A stretch of 64,000 nt of DNA from Betaproteobacteria bacterium (GTDB taxonomy: Bacteria; Pseudomonadota; Gammaproteobacteria; Burkholderiales; Burkholderiaceae_C). This document shows, piece after piece, positions 58,531 to 64,000 of this stretch (position 1 is the stretch's first letter; each line of letters begins with the position of its first letter). Under the pieces are notes generated by a model that did no database searches, was not told the DNA's origin, and saw only the letters and a list, made by a program, of their open reading frames with translations. The stretch lies in the NCBI GenBank assembly GCA_025356445.1, contig JANXSZ010000001.1, forward strand, positions 168,559 through 232,558, read 5' to 3'. Position numbers and translations under genes: made by a program.

Positions 58531-58788
58531 TTAAGCCGGAATCACGTTAACCATGTGCTTGTTCATGCTGCCTTTGATCGAAAAGTTCACATGACCTGGG
58601 GTCAGTGCGTACAAGGTGTGATCCTTGCCAATACCGACATTGGTGCCGGGGTGAAAACGGGTACCGCGCTGACGCACGATGATCGCGCCTGCACCGATCA
58701 ATTGACCGCCGAACATTTTCACGCCGAGCATTTTGGGCTTGGAATCGCGCCCATTTCGCGTTGAGCCGCCGCCTTTTTTCTGTGCCAT
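58531..58788 (-). CDS. rpmA: 50S ribosomal protein L27
   Basis: 85 aa, [24 protein letters not shown]. Confidence 0.97.
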   Translation of the reverse strand: MAQKKGGGSTRNGRDSKPKMLGVKMFGGQLIGAGAIIVRQRGTRFHPGTNVGIGKDHTLYALTPGHVNFSIKGSMNKHMVNVIPA

Positions 58789-58806
58789 TTTGGATAACTC
58801 CTGTGA

Positions 58807-59118
58807 TTAGCCGACGATCGCACCAATTTGCAGTTCAGTGAACTGCTGGCGATGGCCTTGGTGTTTCTGGTAATGCTTACGACGGCGCATTTTGAAAATG
58901 CGCACTTTGTCGTGCTTACCGTGCGAAAGCACCGTAACCGTGACGGTTGCACCGGACACCAAGGGCGTGCCGACTTTGATTTCAGCGCCGTTACCGACTG
59001 CCAAAACTTGGTCAAACACGATCTCTTGGCCTACGTCCGCAGCAATCTGTTCTACTTTAATTTTTTCACCAGCAGCAACACGATATTGTTTGCCACCGGT
59101 TTTTATGACCGCGTACAT
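58807..59118 (-). CDS. rplU: 50S ribosomal protein L21
   Basis: 103 aa, [23 protein letters not shown]. Confidence 0.97.
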   Translation of the reverse strand: MYAVIKTGGKQYRVAAGEKIKVEQIAADVGQEIVFDQVLAVGNGAEIKVGTPLVSGATVTVTVLSHGKHDKVRIFKMRRRKHYQKHQGHRQQFTELQIGAIVG

Positions 59119-59328
59119 GTGTAACCTTTTAGACCCCGGGCTCTGCTGTTTCGGCTAGCGGATAAGCTGTCCGAAACGGATAAACCCGTAAAGTGAATTT
59201 TCTGTAGCCAATTCCACAGAACCCATGAGTTTAACATGGTTCACGTTTTTGCCTAGCACTGTTTGACGCCTAATCTCAAAATTCTCAGCGCTCAGCCTTA
59301 AGTTTTCTATAATCCGGCCAAATTCAGA

Positions 59329-60321
59329 TTGCCCAACTTGTCAGCCACCCACTCCGACCCTAACGCCGCGCTTTCCTTGATCGCCAACGACCTCGCCGAG
59401 GTGGACAAGGTCATAGGCCAACGTCTCGCCTCTGGCGTACCGCTGGTTGGGGAGGTGGCCCGCTACATCATTTCCGCAGGCGGCAAGCGCGTTCGCCCCT
59501 CCCTGCTATTGCTGTGCGCTGGAGCCTTAGGTTACCAAGGGGTGCAGCACTACAACCTGGCTGCCGTGGTGGAGTTCATCCACACCGCCACACTGCTGCA
59601 CGACGATGTGGTGGACGATTCATCCCTGCGCCGTGGCCGCCCTACGGCGAACGAGATTTTTGGCAATCCGGCCAGCGTGTTGGTGGGGGACTTCCTTTAC
59701 TCCCGCGCCTTCCAGATGATGGTGGAAGTGCAAGACATGCGCGTGATGCAAATCCTCTCTGAAGGCACCAATGTGATTGCCGAAGGCGAGGTAATGCAGC
59801 TGATGAACATCCATGACGCCTCCCTCGACGAAGCAGGCTACCTGCGCGTTATCCGCTCCAAAACCGCCAAACTGTTCGAAGCCAGCACCCAACTGGCTGC
59901 CGTTTTGACCGGCCAAAACCCAGTCATTGAGCGCGCCTGCGCTGATTACGGCCAGGCCCTGGGCACAGCATTCCAAGTGATTGACGACGCGCTGGACTAC
60001 GACGGTGACACCATCGAAATGGGCAAAAATCTGGGTGATGATCTGCGGGAAGGCAAAACCACGTTGCCGTTGATTGTGGCCATGCAGCGCGGCACGCCCG
60101 CCCAGGCCCAGGCTATTCGTGAAGCGATTGAAACGGGCACCGTAACCCAGCTCGACGAGATCATCGCCATCGTCAAAAGCACTGGCGCGCTGGAAGCGAC
60201 CAGGGATGCCGCAGCAGCGGAAGCTCAACGGGCGATTGACGCGATTCGCCTGCTGCCTGACAACGCCCACACACAAGCACTGGTACAGCTGGCGTCCTCA
60301 TTGCTGCAACGCCGCTCGTAA
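59329..60321 (+). CDS. ispB: octaprenyl-diphosphate synthase
   Basis: 330 aa with two Asp-rich motifs (LLHDDVVDD and FQVIDDALDY). It has an apparent TTG start; no in-frame ATG lies upstream of the conserved N-terminal helix. Confidence 0.9.
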   Translation: MPNLSATHSDPNAALSLIANDLAEVDKVIGQRLASGVPLVGEVARYIISAGGKRVRPSLLLLCAGALGYQGVQHYNLAAVVEFIHTATLLHDDVVDDSSLRRGRPTANEIFGNPASVLVGDFLYSRAFQMMVEVQDMRVMQILSEGTNVIAEGEVMQLMNIHDASLDEAGYLRVIRSKTAKLFEASTQLAAVLTGQNPVIERACADYGQALGTAFQVIDDALDYDGDTIEMGKNLGDDLREGKTTLPLIVAMQRGTPAQAQAIREAIETGTVTQLDEIIAIVKSTGALEATRDAAAAEAQRAIDAIRLLPDNAHTQALVQLASSLLQRRS

Positions 60322-60378
60322 CCGGTCTTTCGCAGTACGCGGCTAGCGCCGCCCTCGCGGGATGGGACAATACAGCCC

Positions 60379-62490
60379 ATGTACGCAATGTTTGAAGAAA
60401 GCGGCAAGTTTCTTGCCGGTCGGGTCTTGTCAGAGACCGATTCCTCCGCGCAGGTTGAGCTCGACAGTGGCAAAAGAGTCAAAGTCAAAGCCGTCAACCT
60501 GATGTTGAAATTTGAAAAACCCGCACCCGCTGAGTTTTTGGCTGCGGCGCAAGCTACCAGTGCAGGAATCGAGCTGGAACTCGCCTGGGAATTCGCGCCT
60601 GAAGATGAGTTTGGCTTCGCTGATCTGGCCCGTGACTATTTCAGCGACAAAGCCACCTTGACCGAGCAGGCTGCGGCTTTGCTGCGGCTCTACGACGCAC
60701 CCCATTACTTTCGCCGTGCCGGAAAAGGCCGCTTTCGCAAAGCCTCGGCTGAAATTTTGCAACTGGCTCTGGCGGCGATTGAAAAGAAAAAGCAAATCGC
60801 CCAACAAATCACCGACTGGGCAGCCACCCTTGGCGCGGGCGTTTGCCCTGACCCCATCCGTGAGCAACTCTACAAAATCTTGTTCAGGCCTGATAAAAAT
60901 GCGCCCGAGTACAAGGCCGTTGTCGATGCGTCTCGCACCACACAAACCGCACCGCTGGATTTACTGCAACGCGCTGGGGCCATCGCTTCGCCCTACCAGT
61001 TTCATTGGCAGCGCTTTTTGTTCGACAACTTCCCCAAAGGCACAGGCTTCCCTGCGCTGGAAGCACCGCCCATCAAGGATGACTTGCCACTGGCCAACGT
61101 GCAGGCGTATTCGATTGACGACTCCCAAACCACCGAAATCGACGATGCGCTCTCGGTGCAAGGCCTGGGTACAGGCACCGTGGTTTTGGGCATCCACATC
61201 GCAGCGCCGGCGTTGGCCATTGAACCTGGCAGTGCCATTGACCAGCTGGGCCGTGCACGGCTCTCCACGGTCTACATGCCCGGCTACAAAGTCACCATGC
61301 TGCCCGATTCGGTGGTGCAGCATTACACGCTGGCTGAAGGGCGCGATTGCCCTGCTGTGTCGCTTTACGTGACGATGGACGAGACCACACTGGCCATCCA
61401 GTCCACAGAAACCAAGCTGGAGCGCGTGCCCATCACCGCCAACCTGCGGCACGACCAGCTCGACGCCATCGTCACCGAGCCGTGGCTGGAAAACCCCAGC
61501 TACCTTCACGACGATATTGCCCATCAAAAAACAGCTTTGAGCTTACCTATTGGTCGTGAGACGCTATCATTTTTATGGCGCTTGGCTCGGCATTTGAAGG
61601 CTGAGCGTGAGGTGGTACGCGGCAAGCCCGAGAACTTCAACCGGCCTGATTACAACTTCCGCCTGCTGCGTGATGACCCCAGCCTGGACGGCACCGAGCC
61701 GGTGGGCAACGAAACCGTGCAAATCACCGTGCGCCGCCGGGGTGCACCGCTGGACTTGATCGTCGCCGAGGCCATGATTCTGGCCAACAGCACCTGGGGC
61801 AACTGGCTGGCCGAGCATGGCGTGCCAGGCATCTACCGCAGCCAAGCCAGCATGGCCCCTGGCGTGAAGGTACGCATGGGTACCAAAGCCTTGCCACATG
61901 CAGGCATCGGCGTGAAAAGCTACGCATGGTGTACCTCGCCCTTGCGCCGCTACACCGACTTGGTTAACCAGTGGCAAATCATCGCCTGCGCCAAACACGG
62001 CAAAACGGCAGCACTGGCCGCACCGTTCAAGCCCAAGGATGTGGCGCTGTTCGCCATCATCTCGGGCTTTGACGCCGCCTACAGCGCCTACAACAGCTAC
62101 CAAAACGGCATGGAACGCTTCTGGACGCTCAAGTACGTGCAACAGCAAGGCATCACCGAGCTGACGGGCACGCTCTTCAAAGAAGGCCTGGTACGTGCCG
62201 ATGACATCCCCTTGGTACTGCCCGTGATGGGCGCTGGTGACGCCCCACGCAATGCCCACCTGCGCATCAAGCTGGGCGAGGTGGACGAGATCACCCTGGA
62301 CATTGGCGGCACCGTGATCGAGCGACTGGATATCGAGGACAGCACGGAGCCTCTCGCCGAAGAGGACAGCGAGGACGATGGCGACACAGGAATGCCACTG
62401 ACCATTGCCGTGGATATGGGAGAGGGAGAAAGCACTGACGACAATACCGCAGCTGTAGGCAGCAGCACACCGGAGTCTGTGGCACCGTGA
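60379..62490 (+). CDS. RNase II/RNase R-family 3'-5' exoribonuclease (RNB domain) with acidic C-terminal tail
   Basis: 703 aa with the RNB catalytic region (IDDSQTTEIDDALSV, CTSPLRRYTDLVNQWQ). The C-terminal ~55 aa are rich in Asp/Glu. Confidence 0.85.
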   Translation: MYAMFEESGKFLAGRVLSETDSSAQVELDSGKRVKVKAVNLMLKFEKPAPAEFLAAAQATSAGIELELAWEFAPEDEFGFADLARDYFSDKATLTEQAAALLRLYDAPHYFRRAGKGRFRKASAEILQLALAAIEKKKQIAQQITDWAATLGAGVCPDPIREQLYKILFRPDKNAPEYKAVVDASRTTQTAPLDLLQRAGAIASPYQFHWQRFLFDNFPKGTGFPALEAPPIKDDLPLANVQAYSIDDSQTTEIDDALSVQGLGTGTVVLGIHIAAPALAIEPGSAIDQLGRARLSTVYMPGYKVTMLPDSVVQHYTLAEGRDCPAVSLYVTMDETTLAIQSTETKLERVPITANLRHDQLDAIVTEPWLENPSYLHDDIAHQKTALSLPIGRETLSFLWRLARHLKAEREVVRGKPENFNRPDYNFRLLRDDPSLDGTEPVGNETVQITVRRRGAPLDLIVAEAMILANSTWGNWLAEHGVPGIYRSQASMAPGVKVRMGTKALPHAGIGVKSYAWCTSPLRRYTDLVNQWQIIACAKHGKTAALAAPFKPKDVALFAIISGFDAAYSAYNSYQNGMERFWTLKYVQQQGITELTGTLFKEGLVRADDIPLVLPVMGAGDAPRNAHLRIKLGEVDEITLDIGGTVIERLDIEDSTEPLAEEDSEDDGDTGMPLTIAVDMGEGESTDDNTAAVGSSTPESVAP

Positions 62491-63353
62491 ACTGGCGGCA
62501 GCTCCGCACATTGAGTACCTTGCAGTGGGCTTTGGGCGCTTCTGTTGCCGTCCATGCCGTGCTGCTGACTGTGCGCTTTGTCGATCCCGAGAGCTTCAAC
62601 CGCGTGTTTGAGGACACGCCGCTGGAAGTCATCCTGGTCAATGCCAAAAGCAATGAGCGGCCTGAAAAAGCCCAGGCCATTGCCCAGGCCAATCTGGCAG
62701 GTGGCGGCGAACTCGACATGGGTCGTGCAACGTCTCCTCTACCTCCCTCCGCATTAGTCGCGGTGGGCGATTCGGCTGAAGAGACACAGCGCCAGGTCGA
62801 AGCCCTGCAAGAGCAGCAAACCCTGTTGCTGGCTCAAATCCGCAGCCAGCTGGCCGCGTTGCCACCGCAAGAAGCCAAGCCCGCCCAAACCGCCCAGCAA
62901 ATCGCCCGCGAAGAACGCCGCCGCCAGCTGACCAAGCTGCTGGCGGAAATTGAGCGCCGCATCAACGAAGAAAATGCCCGTCCCAAGAAGCGCTACATCA
63001 GCCCGGCAACGCAAGAAAAAGCCTATGCGGTGTACTACGACAGCATGCGGCGCAAAATTGAAGACCGGGGCACCGAGAACTTCCCTCAAATTGCCGGTAA
63101 CAAGCTCTACGGGAATCTGACGATGACCCTGACCGTCAACCATGATGGCCGGGTGCTTGACGCCCAGGTGGTGCAATCATCGGGCAACACAGCACTTGAC
63201 CGGCGAGCCCAGGCCATCGCCAAAGGGGCTGGGCCGTTTGATGCTTTCACCACCGAAATGCGCAGACAGGCTGAACAGCTGGTGCTGGTCGCGCAATTTC
63301 GCTTTACCCGTGACGAAACACTGGAAACCAAGGTCGCACCGCGTCAACCTTAG
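62487..63353 (+). CDS. TonB-family C-terminal-domain protein
   Basis: 288 aa. The GTG start overlaps the RNase stop (GTGA). It has an N-terminal TM (ALGASVAVHAVLLTV), a coiled-coil Gln/Ala/Arg-rich middle and a TonB-C-like end (GNLTMTLTVNHDGRVLDAQVVQSSGNTALDRRAQAI). Confidence 0.75.
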   Translation: MNWRQLRTLSTLQWALGASVAVHAVLLTVRFVDPESFNRVFEDTPLEVILVNAKSNERPEKAQAIAQANLAGGGELDMGRATSPLPPSALVAVGDSAEETQRQVEALQEQQTLLLAQIRSQLAALPPQEAKPAQTAQQIAREERRRQLTKLLAEIERRINEENARPKKRYISPATQEKAYAVYYDSMRRKIEDRGTENFPQIAGNKLYGNLTMTLTVNHDGRVLDAQVVQSSGNTALDRRAQAIAKGAGPFDAFTTEMRRQAEQLVLVAQFRFTRDETLETKVAPRQP

Positions 63354-63360
63354 AAAAACC

Positions 63361-64000
63361 ATGAACACCTCTTCAACTTCTTCTTCAACTTCTTCAGAAA
63401 TCACCCTGTCTGCCTACTGCGTCTTTGGTAATCCCATAGCCCACAGCCGCTCACCGTGGATTCACTCCCGCTTTGCTGAACTCACCGGTGAAGCGCTGAT
63501 CTACACCAAACGCCTTGCACCGCTGGACGGCTTTGCCCAGGCACTGAACGATTTCCGAGCCGAAGGCGGGCTTGGCTGCAACATCACCGTGCCCTTCAAG
63601 CTGCAAGCTGCCGCGCTGGCCGACCACATCAGCCCACGTGCGGCTTTGGCCGGAGCCTGCAATGTGCTGCATATGGTGGACGGTCAGTTCCACGCTGACA
63701 ACAGCGATGGCATAGGCTTGGTGCGTGACATCACCATCAACGCCGGTTTCGATCTGAAAGGGCGTGATATTTTGCTGATCGGTGCGGGGGGTGCAGCCGC
63801 TGGTGTATTCGGGCCACTGCTGGAATGCCAGCCACGCCGTATCGTCGTCGCGAACCGCACCGTGGCCAAAGCACAGGCACTGGTGGACGCTCATGCTGCC
63901 CTTGCTCTGCTACAAAAAGTAGAGCTGCTTGCGCTGACCTTACAAGCACCAGGTGCTGATTTTGATCTGATCATTAATGGTACGGCCAGCAGCCTGAGCG
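63361..64000 (+). CDS. aroE: shikimate dehydrogenase (5' part; continues beyond the window)
   Basis: It has GNPIAHSRSPWIHSRF, CNITVPFK, NSDGIGL and Rossmann GAGGAAAG. The frame is open to the window end. Confidence 0.92.
   Translation, partial: MNTSSTSSSTSSEITLSAYCVFGNPIAHSRSPWIHSRFAELTGEALIYTKRLAPLDGFAQALNDFRAEGGLGCNITVPFKLQAAALADHISPRAALAGACNVLHMVDGQFHADNSDGIGLVRDITINAGFDLKGRDILLIGAGGAAAGVFGPLLECQPRRIVVANRTVAKAQALVDAHAALALLQKVELLALTLQAPGADFDLIINGTASSLS
63370..63393 (+). repeat. perfect 12-nt tandem duplication (TCTTCAACTTCT x2) in the first codons of aroE
   Basis: Read directly from the sequence. It encodes the Ser/Thr-rich N-terminal extension SSTSSSTS. Confidence 0.9.

Overview
This window reads as a chromosomal core segment of a moderately GC-rich Gram-negative bacterium. 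It is probably a betaproteobacterium of the Burkholderiales/Comamonadaceae type. That is an inference from three Omp32-like porins and from the gene orders DUF971-ubiE-Tim44-ubiJ-ubiB, hemA-prfA-prmC-grxD and rplU-rpmA-obg-proB; no database search was possible. I can support about 57 protein-coding genes packed almost end to end.

Main gene content:
- Transport: a partial Fe(3+) ABC transporter, a peptide-type ABC operon with an embedded M20 amidohydrolase, and ugpBAECQ with a phased Pho box followed by a porin gene.
- Central metabolism and translation: zwf-hexR, serA, aspS, proS, hemA, prfA, rppH, proB, obg, L21/L27, an RNase II-family enzyme, a TonB-like protein and aroE (partial).
- Ubiquinone genes: coq7, ubiB, ubiJ, ubiE and ispB.
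- A quinate/shikimate-type cluster: IclR regulator, shikimate-dehydrogenase paralog, aroQ and a TRAP transporter.

I saw no rRNA, tRNA, CRISPR array, IS element, integrase or prophage, and no recognisable defence or toxin genes.

Most of the window is ordinary. The parts worth a second look are:
1. An orphan ShlB/FhaC-type TpsB transporter paired with a secreted tandem-FecR-domain protein instead of a TpsA.
2. A three-gene block: a Lon-like AAA+ ATPase with no protease domain, a YXWGXW lipoprotein, and a TPR plus GT9-like protein.
3. A 1304-aa DUF3683/FAD-oxidase/Fe-S fusion enzyme directly downstream of serA, possibly D-2-hydroxyglutarate recycling.
4. A roughly 50-nt dispersed intergenic repeat present in at least four copies.
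5. A LysR-gene relic beside the TRAP cluster.
6. Uncharacterised Tim44-like and DUF971 genes embedded with the ubi genes.

All functional calls come from reading the translated ORFs and recognising motifs. None has been verified by a search.
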